From Camelus dromedarius (lineage: Eukaryota), in NCBI RefSeq assembly GCF_036321535.1, contig NC_087472.1:98396001-98460000 (forward strand): 64,000 bases of DNA. Reading direction: 5' to 3'. A program made the position numbers and the translations under genes. The notes beneath the pieces were generated by a model. That model worked only from the letters and a program-made list of their open reading frames with translations, made no database searches and was not told the DNA's origin. This document shows, piece by piece, positions 48,850 to 60,287 of this stretch (within the stretch, counting starts at the first letter, position 1; every line of letters begins with the position of its first letter).

Positions 48850-49760
48850 TCTATTTTCATATTGGCTTTTCTTGGGGCTCAGTTCTGGCCCCTTTTCTTC
48901 TCTCTCTAAACTTTTTCTGCAGGTGATTTCTTCCAGTCCCCTGGCTTTAAACAGTATCTATACACAGCATCTCAAATTAGTATCCTCTCTCTTCTGTGCC
49001 CCAGAATTTTTTCTCCAATGGAACCTGATAGTTCCATTTAGGTGTTTCACATGAATCTTCAAAATGACCAAGCTTTTGGTCTCCTTTCCCCACCGCCAAC
49101 CAATTCACACACCTGCTTCCTATCTCTCTAATGACATCACCATCCCCCATTTGATTATGTCAAACACTTGGGATTCCTCCTATTTGCTTCCCTCGCCCTC
49201 AGCCACTGACTCAATCATCCCCAAGCCCTGTGGTATCTCAAATCCTTTCCGCCACTTTCCCGTTACTCCACCACCACAATGACTACTGAGCCAGGCAACC
49301 CTGAGTTCTCCATTAAATCCACTGCTCCATCAGCAGCAAAACAGATCTTTTCCAAGCTTTAATTGGAAGTAACAATGCCAGAGTGCTAAGAGGTTATTTC
49401 TGGGTGGTGGAAATGTGGGTGGATGTTATTCTCTTCTTGGTACTTCTTTGCACTTTAAACATTTCCATAGAAAACTCAAAACAAAATGTTCCATAAAAAT
49501 GAAAACAAAAATAAGATGTTACCTTCTCAGAACGGCCCCCCTCCTCTCCCAACCCCACATGATTATCCCTCATAGTATCCTGTTGTTTTCCTCTTGATCT
49601 TTATCACACTTTGCAGTGGTGTACATTTCATTTGTTTGCTGGTTTATTGTCTCTCTCTCTCACTAGCTGCAAGGCCATGAGGGCAGCACCATATTGATTG
49701 TGTTGATTACTCTATATCCAGCACCCAGGCCCATGCCTGCCACACAGTAAAGGTTCAATT
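48850..49760 (+). mobile_element. L2 LINE fragments
   Basis: gggctcagttctggcccctt...tccagtcccctggctttaaa...ggtttattgtctctctctctcactag...aaggccatgagggcag...atccagcacccagg. Confidence 0.65.
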
Positions 49761-49764
49761 CACC

Positions 49765-51172
49765 CAGATATCCCTCATTATCGGAACTCTCATTATCCAT
49801 CTACCCACTAAAATGACTTGCAAAAAATGTTTATTCCAGGTTTATTGTCTGAATTGAAACCTGCTATTGCAAACCAGCAAACAGATGCCAGAAAGCCTGT
49901 TTAAGCTGCAAGCAAATCCAGGTGAAAGGATGTAGACAGTGTTGCAGTCCCATCTCAGCAGCTGCCTGATAACGGATACATGTTGAAATGTATGCCATTG
50001 CCATCCAGAAGATCAATGTTCCCAGTTGTTAAGTGAAAATGTCTTCTCAGAAAGTAGTACTCACTTAGCTTCATATTCATCATTTGGAGGAAAAAGAAGA
50101 GGATCCACGTGCTGAATTGTCAAAAGAAACGGTGGCTTACATGCACAAAAGCATTGCTGCAGCTAAGTGAATGTGATCACGAACGATATCAAAGGAAGCA
50201 CCACACTCCAGAAATGCAGTGACAAGCCTTGTCTTATGCTATCTGGAGCTGTATAACCTTAAGCAAAGAGAATCTGAACAGTTGTCCATTTTGAGAGCTT
50301 TTGTTTCATCTACACGTTTCATCTATAGCTCCGGACGATGGTTCAGAACCATAACCACTTCCAGGGTCTTGCATGCCAATCAGAGGCAAATGTCCCCCAG
50401 TTCTTTGTATCTGCGTTTGTAGAATGGCAGGCACCTACCGTTCCATTCTTTCACTCAATCTTAAACCCCAAACGTGACTAAAGCTTCTATCAACTTCCTC
50501 TGCTCGGGAAACTCTTCCATTGGTCAATAACCATGATTTGAAAATTGTCACATTATTTCATTTTATTTTTCTAAGCATAATTTTTTTTGAGTAAAGGTAG
50601 ATTTATTTAGAGACCATGATTTTAAGGATCTTCAACGTATTATTTGTACTATAGTTATTTTTACCTCAGTAGTACTCATTGAGTGTGGAAGAAAGATGAA
50701 CTGCATCTACTTCATAGCATTCCTCCTCTCAACGTCGTCCTGGGCCAGCTGTGTCAGTGTCACTAGGGAGCTTGTCAGATATGCTAATTATTGGGTCCCA
50801 ACTCAGACGTACTAAACCTGAAACTCTGGGTCTCAGGATTATGTGCTTCAAAAAACTCCCCAGATAATTCTGCTGTGTGCCAAAGTTTGAAAATCCCTGC
50901 TCCACTATATAATGGAGTATTGTACACAAAAAATCAGGTAGTTGATGTTTTAAATGTTTTTACATTATGTAAAAATCCTTGGTGGATGGTTCTAGAGGGC
51001 TTTAAGAGTGTTTTAGTGATATTTGAGATAATTGGTTGTGCATTTTGAATGGGCTGGGAATACATTATTTTTTGCCATCAAAAATAATAGAATATAAGCT
51101 TCCTTTATCTGAATATTTACTATCCCACATGTTTTCAGGAATGGATTAGGTTCAGATAGCAAGGGAGGTCTG
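49765..51172. mobile_element. Tigger-like (TcMar) DNA transposon with terminal inverted repeats
   Basis: The left end CAGATATCCCTCATTATCGGAAC (49765-49787) matches the reverse complement of the right end (51150-51172), CAGACCTCCCTTGCTATCTGAAC, at 17/23 positions. Confidence 0.6.
50716..50899 (+). mobile_element. MER5A nested in the Tigger-like element
   Basis: gggccagc...gtcactagggagcttgtcagatatgc...gaaactctggg...ccagataattctgctgtgtgccaaagtttgaaaatccctg. Confidence 0.72.
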
Positions 51173-53014
51173 CATTCATAAAAGGAATGTTGAGAGTTGA
51201 GAGATATAAGCCAAGAATTCCTTCACAGCATTCAGAGCCTGCAAGGCCCCTTTCTTGCCTCATTTGTAACTGCCTAATGCCAGAACATGCACATGGGCCA
51301 AAGAGGGAAAATTATGGGGCAGTGGTTATGAAAAGCTCAGGGAAGTAAGTGACAATTTTTTAGGGTTTTAAGAAAAAAGAGTTCAAGGAAACACTGAGGG
51401 AAAACTCAAGGCTATACAAAACGTCAGTTCACATTCTCACTCCAAAGAGTAACAATGGAGAGAGAATGGCACTTTGCAACCAGAACTCATGTGAACCAGA
51501 TTCTTCAAATAACCTGTTTCTGCAGGTCACTATCAACCACACCAGTCAAGGACAGTTCTAAGAGAAAACTCTCTTCCTAGTGGAGCACCACTCGGCAACT
51601 TTCCAAGGGTGGATGCCATTCACCAAGTCTATACTGAAGCCTTGCCATTTCTCCCAACAGTCACGAAGCAGTCTACTGACTATGTAAAGTTCAAAAGGAG
51701 TCAAACAGCATAGAATGGTCCAAGAAGAGAATTTCTTGTGGAGACAGGTCATCCAGAAAATCAGCTTTACCCTTCTGTTTCTAATACACATAGTTCAACA
51801 CATACACGTTTCCCTTAACTCTGGGAAGATCTCTGTAAGAATAATTTACAAATGCCTATCTAGTTTAGGTAAATCACATCCGATGTGGAATACTCACAAA
51901 AGGACCCAGGATATGTAACAATGAACACAGGTATACAGAGATTCTCTGCAAGAATAATGCTTTTAAACAGGCATTTCTAAACCATGGTCAGGGCATTTAT
52001 TTCATGACCAAATGTATGGCCCTAAATAATTTCAGAATTCACTCAGCATATATTGAGTTACTGGAGGAAAGAAATTATAACTTTAAAGTGGAGATTATAC
52101 TGTTGAGCAAACTGACTGCATCAATAGCTGTAAGGAACGAAGTGCAATACTCTGTCTCTACCTGAAAAGTCAGTCTGTTCTAAGAATTCTAGATGTGGGT
52201 CGAGGTTAGTCCTGCTATAACAATTGAGACCACAGGTCTTGATATTGACAGCTCACTCTATTTTCCCTGGATATATACAATGGAGGCAGTTGATTGCACA
52301 AAATTAATATGAAACTATACATTCCATAAAGCAACTTGTCATTTCTTGGTATCATATGGAATCATCAGTTTGTTCTATTTAAATAAACCTAACTATTCAT
52401 AGGCACAGAATTTTTCTATCTGCACACTTACCCCTCAAATTATTTCCCTTACTTGGACTATCTTCCATTTTCTTTCTGAAAATAGGTATATCATCTCTTT
52501 CAAATCCTTTTAAAACTTTTTCTTAAAACCTTCCCACACTAAAGTTAGCTGTCCTGGTCTTGTCAAAATATAATGATTGAGTACATGGAGAAGTTAGTCT
52601 CTACAGCAGGAGGAAGGGACTGTGTATAAAGAGACTATTTACCATCCTCTACTCCAAGCCTGATCTGGGGGTAGAGGAATCAGATGAGCTTTAAATTGAC
52701 CCTGAGACAGGAATTTGAGGGTGAAGAAGACTGATTACTTAAGGTGAGTTGAAACTGTCCTGATAAAGGTGACTAGTCAAGATGTTTTTAAGGACCTGCT
52801 ACCTAGTAGAGAAGGGGGACGTAGTAATTCAACAAGACCCAAACAAATTTAGACTCCTCAACACACCAGTTGTATCTGTTTTAGAGGACAAAGGAAGGCT
52901 TCTCGTGGGAAGTGGGACTTTGTAATAAATGGGAGTGCAGCTTATTGATAATTCTAGGTTTTGTCACTCTTGGCACCTGGAAAGATTTTATGTTTCCATC
53001 CACTGGATGTTAGG

Positions 53015-53322
53015 CAGGGTCTTGGTCTTGCGACTCTTCTGCCAATGGACTGTGAATGTAAGTGACATATCACTTCTAGGCCAGAGCAGTCACTGGTTGG
53101 TGAGGGACGCAGCTCTCCTTTTCCCCTGCCTCAGGGACTGTGGAGGCCCAAGCTGATATGGAGGGGCAGTGCTGCGTCAGCCCAAGGAGGAAAGCTGCCC
53201 TGGAGAGGAGGCTAGGCCTGCAAAGGACTTCGTGGGAAAGAGAAACAGCTTCCAATTGTTCTAAGCTACTAAGATTGGGAGGGTGTCATTGCAGCATGAC
53301 TTAACCTATCCTGGCTGATGCA
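53015..53322 (+). mobile_element. MaLR LTR fragment (MLT1H/I-like)
   Basis: gccaatggactgtgaatgtaagtgacatatcacttctaggcc...taagctactaagattggg...taacctatcctggctgatgca. Confidence 0.55.
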
Positions 53323-55164
53323 CAAGGGAACTGAGACCCACAAGTCAGCTGTTGGAAGGAGGACGTGGGAAAAGTGTTGCAAGTGGGAGCAATATGTGTG
53401 AAGTCTAGGAGGCAAGAAAGAGAATGGAATGTTCTGTGACTTGAGGGAAGTACAGAAAGCCAACCGATGGCGGGTATGGGTGGCTCTGCATCACTGATGA
53501 GACACCAGGAACCAGATCATGAAGGACCTTGTAAAACATGTTTAAGAGTTTGGGCAATTTTTAGATCACAATTTCTGTAAGGATCAGGCTACAATTTACC
53601 CTCCCCAGTGAACCCACTGCAGACTTAAATGCAGGACAAGCAGGCAGCAAATGCTGGTGATGGCTTTGCTCCCAAATTGAATCCTAACATTCAGGTTTTT
53701 CACAGGTGAAATTTTACTCCCTTTACTGATTTTTTTAGGGTTCAAGGAAGGGTATCAGAGATATTTGCACATTGGACAGTAATTTGAAAAAATAGAGTGG
53801 CTGGCTCAGTAATAGAGACTTCATGAACATTTATCAAATGCACAAAAGCATGAATAAATAGAAGGCTCTTTTCAGAAAGTCACTAAGCTGAATGCATCTC
53901 TTGGTTTCACAAACACAAGTGGAGAAATCGCCATTATTTGATTTTGATTTATGCCTCTAACACTGCTTATGAAAGCATGGCCCACATGCTATATCCATGC
54001 TCCAATAATTCATGCAGTTCGTAAGAGATTAATGAACTATATCATATTAATGTCACCATAATTTTGCATAATTCTATTGAATTTCTTTTCCTCACTAGAG
54101 TTGATACTCATAATTTCATCAGATTCCATACACTGTTGATTTTCACAGCCTGCTATGTGAAATTACCTCATCCTCTAAACAAATATTAATGAGCAATCTT
54201 TATCCTTTGAACCTGGAAGTATTGCTCAAACCCACAAAAGCTAAAAATAGAGAACTGGCCTTTTAAGTACCATGAGCACCAGATGCAGGAAGGGAAAAGA
54301 CATTAGGCCCACGGCTGAGAAACTTTATATACATTTAAAAATAAAAACTGGAAAGGAGAAAATGTCAAAAGAGTGATTATTACACCCAGTTCCACTAGGC
54401 AAGTTATTTATGGTGCTCCTTCTAAAACTCCCTACCCTGGAATCAATTTCTAAATCAATTGGAAACCAATCTCATCCAGAGGGAAACCCATATATTCTCG
54501 TTTGGAACCAGCTGGTATCTTTCCATTGTTCTCCAGTCATCCTCCTGTGGATTCTGTTTCTGGATGTGGAAAAGGGAAGAAGGGAATTGTCCCTTCTCAT
54601 TTAACTTTCTGCCCAGGTTTTAGGAGACACATCATCCCCATGGTTCAAACCAGTTACCCATACCAATTATTTGTGATTTTTATTTTTTCTTTAAAAAAAA
54701 ACTTATGGTAACATTTAAAACAGGTACCAGAGAGGAATAACAACCCCCCACATACCCAACCACTTAGTTTTACCCTTCCCAGCTGATGGCTGATCTTGTT
54801 TCATCTATCTACCCATTCAGATCTCCCCTCCTATAAAAAACTGAAGTAAATTCCACTTCACTGATAAATATTTCAGAATGCAGAGGGCTCTTATCTTTGG
54901 ATAAGAAATTCCCCACTCTTCCTCCCAATTCTCTCAGACGGTGACAACAGAAAGTTACCTGGTGGTGCTATTTAGGGAGTCTCCTCTTTGCAGGCTGCTC
55001 TGGAGGCACGTATCTTGTCATGCTACTCATGTATCCCATTTCAGGAACTCTACTCTTACTTGCAGGCAGGAAAAATGATGACCCACATGCATCATTCAAC
55101 CAGCTTCCCTTCTTCTGGTCTGTGGGAGAAGCATGAGGGACTCAAATGCTTTTCATCAACTGTA

Positions 55165-55860
55165 AGTTTTTGCTTATTTTTTCCCCTAGGTATATTTCTG
55201 TTATTGATTTCTGGTTTAATCTGGTTTAATCTGTCATCAGAGGGCTTACTCTGTATGACGTTCATCCTTGATTTATTAAGACTTGTTTATGCCCTGGAAT
55301 ATAGGTCTATTTTGGTTGATGGTCCATGAAATTTTCACAGGTGTTGTGCAAATGTCAATTGGATCACTTTGGTTACTGGTGTATTTAAAAATTTTATATC
55401 TTTGCTAATTTTTTCCTATTTGTTCTAGCACTTAATGAGAGAGAAGTTTAAATGTATGCAACTAAAATTGTTGATCTATCTCCACTTTTAGTTCTGTCAA
55501 GTTTTCCTTTATATATTTTGAAGCTATGTTATTAGAGGTTCATTCAGATTTAGAATCATTATGCCTCCCTGTTGAGTTCATTCTTTTATCACTATGAGTC
55601 ATCCTCTTTACCTTAGGTAATACTTCTTTCCTTAAAGTCTACTTTGGCATTAATGTAGCCAGAGAATTTTCTTTTCTGTGTATCTTTCCCATCCTTCTAT
55701 TTTTAATTTTTCTGTTCCCTGATATTTAAGGTTTGTCTTATATAAATAGCTTATAATTGGGTGTTGGATTTTTCACCTGGGCCGCCTTTGTCTTTTCATT
55801 GGAGTGTTTAGTCCATTTACATTTAATGTAATTATAATACAGTTGGGTTTAAGTCTACCA
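55165..55860 (-). mobile_element. Ancient L1 ORF2 fragment
   Basis: Antisense L1M motifs: gttattgatttctggtttaat...tatattttgaagctatgttattag...ggagtgtttagtccatttacatttaatgtaattat. Confidence 0.75.
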
Positions 55861-56199
55861 AGTTGACCCTATACCCAGTCTCCCTCACTGCCCCAGAACT
55901 CAGAAAAAGGCCTGTTGGAGAAAACTGGCTATATGTCTGGGGCCCTGCTTGATTCCCATCAGTCATGTCAGCCCATACAACTGTTAGAAGCGTCCCTCAT
56001 TTCCTTTTACCCCGACAACGTCTCTCTGCATACAGCAAGCTTGATCCTCAGTCCTTACGCACCCTTGGCAAATGCCCCCTGGGAGGAAAGCACTTGCTGA
56101 TCTCTGGTCACTTAGGAATAGTTCTTCTCTCTTTGGAATTTTATTAAATGGAAAAGAAAGGGAACAGAATAAATGAAATGTGGGGCAATGGAAAATAGT

Positions 56200-57305
56200 C
56201 TAAATTTCCATATATCCTATACCTATATTCACTAATTGTTTAACATCTTGTCACATTTGCTTAATCTTTACCCCAATCACCTCCAACACAGAGATGTTTT
56301 ATTTTGTTTTCTTTTTGGAGACACTGAAGTAAGTTGCAGATATCATGGCACCATTACCTCTAAATGCTTCAGCATGCATCTCCTAAAAATAGACATTCTC
56401 CTATATACCCACAAGACCACTGCCACACCCAAGAAATTTAATGTTGGTACAATAATTTTATCTAATATACATTTCATATTCAAACTTCTCCAACTGTCTC
56501 TGAAGTATTTGTATCTTTTTTAAAAAAAACTATGATCAAGTCTAGGATTGCAATTGCTTATGGCTATCATGGCTTTTTAGTCTACTTTAATCTAGAACAA
56601 TCTCTCCCTCTTTAATCATCTCTCATGACTACTGAAATTTTGGATTTGTTGAAATATTTCCTCACTATTAGATATCGGTCAAACATTTTTGACAAGAGTT
56701 CTACATAATTCTACTGTGTCTTTCTACTGCATCACATCAGGAGGAACATGGTATCAGTTTGTCCCATTACTGGAGGTGCTAAGTTTAATCATTTGTTTAA
56801 GGTGGGGTCCACCAAATCTCTTTAGCATAAAGGTATCTTTTCCCCTTTGAAATTAGTAAGTAATCTGTGAGGTAGTACTTTGAGATTTTATGAATATCTT
56901 GTTACCCAATAACTTTTTACTCATTAGTATTCATTGATAATTCTTGCCAGAATCAATTATTACATTGTTGGTTGCAAAATGGTGATTTTTGAATTCCACC
57001 ATTCCCTCTATGTCTAAACTGACATTCTTTTGTAAAGAAGAACTTTTCCTCTTCCCGTCTTTCTATATAGTATTACTGTGGACTTACTGATTTCCTTTTG
57101 TTATAATCCATTACTGTGATTAATCATTGCGACCCTCAAATTATCCCAAATTTGGCCAGTGGGAGTCCCTTCCAGCCAGCCCCATTGTTCTTTAGGTGTA
57201 TCCCTATTGTTTGAACATTTTCTTGCTTTCTGCATCAGAGGATGCTCCAGGATCACCTTGTACCTTCCCTGCCCCATGCCTGGAACCAGCCATTTCTCTA
57301 AGGAG
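56200..57305 (-). mobile_element. L1MC-type 3' region
   Basis: gtaagttgcagatatcatg...cctctaaatgcttcagcatgcatctcctaa...cccatgcctggaaccagccatttctctaaggag. Confidence 0.75.
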
Positions 57306-57938
57306 GGCAGTGGTCTTAATGGTGGCATCCAGCAGTCAGTAGTGCACAAGGTGTCCAAGCCTAGGGAAGCACTGATGATACCTATGTGGTTTTAGCTCTG
57401 GAGTGTGATTTGGTGCATCTTTCCTGGCTCCATAACCTCCCAAACCTTATTTTCTGGCCCTACTGGGTATTTTATGAGCCACCAGACACCAGTTAATCAT
57501 ACTTTGTGCATTTAAGTGAGCCAGAGTGTCTGTTGCTTGCAGCCAAGAACCTTGATTGATACAAGCACCAAATGATTCACATAATAAGCCTGAACTCTCT
57601 GTTCTCTGGGTGGCAGTAGATGATCCAGAGCTTGTGTAAGTGTGATGCGATAATGGCTCATAAGAGCAGACTTGATAAAAATGAATTTAATAGCACTTTT
57701 CAGTTCCATGGTACTTTAAGCATCATCTTTAATATCCTTGACATGTTTGAGAGATGTATTATTTTCCTCATTTGAAAGATGAGAATTTGAAGTAAACGTT
57801 ATAAGAACATGTATTAGAACTGAACTGTTTGAAGATAAAAGATGTACTGAAAACTCAAGTTAAAAAAAAGTAGAAAAATATACCCAAATAAATTTTTTTG
57901 GAAGTCACTTCAAGAAGCCAAATCAACAAGAGCATCCA

Positions 57939-58198
57939 GTGGGGTGGGAAGGGACAGACTGGGAGTTCAAAATTTATAGATACTGACAGGCATATGTAGA
58001 ATAGATAAACAAGATTATACTGCATAGCACAGGGAGATATATACAAGATCTTGTGGTAGCTCACAGCTAAAAAGAATGAGACAAATATAAGTATGTTCAT
58101 GTATAACTGAAAAATTGTGCTCTAACTGGAAACTGACACAACATTGTAAAGTGACTATAACTCAATAAAAAAAATTTAGTCCCCAAAAAACAAGAACA

Positions 58199-58231
<33 letters not shown>

Positions 58232-58233
58232 GC
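57939..58233 (+). mobile_element. Young lineage-specific L1 3' terminus with (CAAAA)n tail and TSD
   Basis: G-rich start, L1 3' UTR, AATAAA and an A-rich/(CAAAA)n tail. The TSD CAAGAGCATCCA occurs at 57927-57938 and 58234-58245. Confidence 0.88.
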
Positions 58234-58610
58234 CAAGAGCATCCACATGTTACAATCTAAAGCTAGAACTGTCTTAAATTGTTCTGGACTTGTCATTTAT
58301 CTGTAGAGAGTTTTACAATGAATTCATGAAGAAACACCAGCAATAATTAAAAGAGCTGTATTGAAAATAGAGTGAGGAGAGTCAGGAGTAGAAAAAGGGT
58401 GTAAATTACTGAGATAGAACATTAATTTTAAATGGCAGTGGTTTGTCATAGCCATTTAAACTAAAAATGTGATCTACATTAACTTCATTCTCTTTTTGTA
58501 AACTCCCCATAACTACTCTTGACATTCTCACATGCTTTGTCTTGGCTCAGTGAGTCTCCAAGAGTGTGAACTGCCTGGAAGAGGTGTGTATTAGTATATG
58601 TGAATCCAAG

Positions 58611-59080
58611 TGTATTAGTTATACTTGCTGTGTAACAAACTACCCCTGTCTTAGTAGCTTAAAACAACACATATTTACGGCTTACAGTTTTGTGGGTCAG
58701 GAGTCTAGGCATGGCTTAGTTGGGTCCTCTGCTTCATGGATTTTCATGAGGCTGCAACCAAGAGGTTGGTGGCCCAGAGTCTCAGTCTTATCTGAATGTT
58801 CAGCGGGGGAATGGCCTGTTTATAAGCTCACTCTGTGATTGCTGGATGCACTGTTCCCTGCTGGCTGTTGGCTGGGACTGCTCTCAGCTTCTCCCACATG
58901 GCCAGTTGCTCCATCAAAACATGCAAACTGAGAAGTCAAGGCAGAAGTTACAGTCATTTGTAACCTAATCATGGAAATGACATCCCATCACCTTTGCCAC
59001 ATTGTTTTGGTTAGAAGCAAGTCACAGGTCCCACCCACACTCAAGGGGAGAGGACTGCACAAAGGCATAAACACTGGGGG
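58611..59080 (-). mobile_element. MaLR LTR (MLT1F-like)
   Basis: tgtattagttatacttgctgtgtaacaaactaccc...gtgggtcaggagtctaggcatggcttag...gttagaagcaagtcac...cccacactcaaggggag. Confidence 0.8.
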
Positions 59081-59674
59081 CTTCAGTGACACACTGGAGA
59101 GAGACGGTGGGAAGCCCAGGACCCGGGCCAGGAGCACCAGGAACATCAGAAACCTCTCTTAACAGGAGTTCAGGAAGGGTCAGTTACAAGACTTTGCACC
59201 TCTTCAGCCATCACAGGGTAGGATGAGAAGGCTCTAAACCGCCAATGAGAAAAGCCTAATATAACCATCAAACACCAGAAAGTGAGGAAAGAGAGGTGTG
59301 AGGTGGTGTGAAAGTATGAGCACCTCATTGTTCACAGCAGAGAGTCAATATTGTCTAAAATTGGAACAGGTAGTTTAAAAATTCCAACTCCAACCACTTA
59401 ACAATACTTTAGAATCTTTTGTTTTCTTAAACTCAGTAATCTCTTAGAAAATAGTATCTCATAGTAAAGAAATAGCAATTAGGAGTTCTTCAGTTTCGCT
59501 TCAGATTCTTTTTTCTGTGATATTCAAGTAAAATTAAAAGTAACATTTTAATATTAAATAAAATGGCATTTACTAGCATTAAATAAAGTAGTAAAAATAA
59601 AATAGCATTGAATAAAATAGTAAAAATAGCAGTTAGTGATTTTATTCTCATTTTAATCAAGAACTAGCATTTTC

Positions 59675-60287
59675 ATTTGTTTCTTTAAAAAAAATTTTTT
59701 TTATTGAAGTATAGTTGATTTACAATGTTGTGTTAGTTTCCGGTGTACAGATAAGTGATTCAGTTATATATATATGTACACATACATGTATATTATTTTT
59801 CATATTCTTTTGCATTATGGTTTATTACAGGATATTGAATATAGTTCCCTGTGCTATACCATGGGACCTTGTTGTTTATTTTGTATATAGTTTTGTATCT
59901 GCTAATCCCAGACTCCTAATTTTTCCCTCTTCCACCCCCTTTCCTCTTTGGTAACCATAAGTCTGTTTTCTACATCTGTGAGTCTGTTTTGTAAATAAGT
60001 TCATTCATATCACATTTTAGATTCCACATATAAGTGATATTATATCATATCTTCTTTCTTGGTCTGGCTTACTTCACTTACTATGATAACCTCCAGGCCC
60101 ATCCATGTTGCTGCAAATGGCATTATTTCATTCTTTTTTAATGGCTGAGTAGTATTCCATTGTAATATATACACCACATCTTTATCCAGTCATCTGTCGA
60201 TGGATATTTAGGTTGCTTCCATGTCTTGGCTATTGTAAATAGTGCTGCTGTGAACACTGGGGTGCATGTCTCTTTTCGAATTAGAGT
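59675..60287 (-). mobile_element. 5'-truncated L1 3' end with TSD
   Basis: ttttttattgaagtatagttgatttacaatgttgtgttagtttc...gtgaacactggggtgcatgt. The flanks aagaactagcattttc (59659-59674) / aagaaatatcattttc (60288-60303) are 14/16 identical. Confidence 0.9.

Noticed and set aside
57146..57155. Perfect CArG box CCAAATTTGG
   Set aside because: It lies inside an L1MC relic, is probably inherited from the repeat, and has no supporting motifs.
59574..59628. 29-bp-period AT-rich imperfect repeat
   Set aside because: It is low-complexity slippage with only two degenerate copies.
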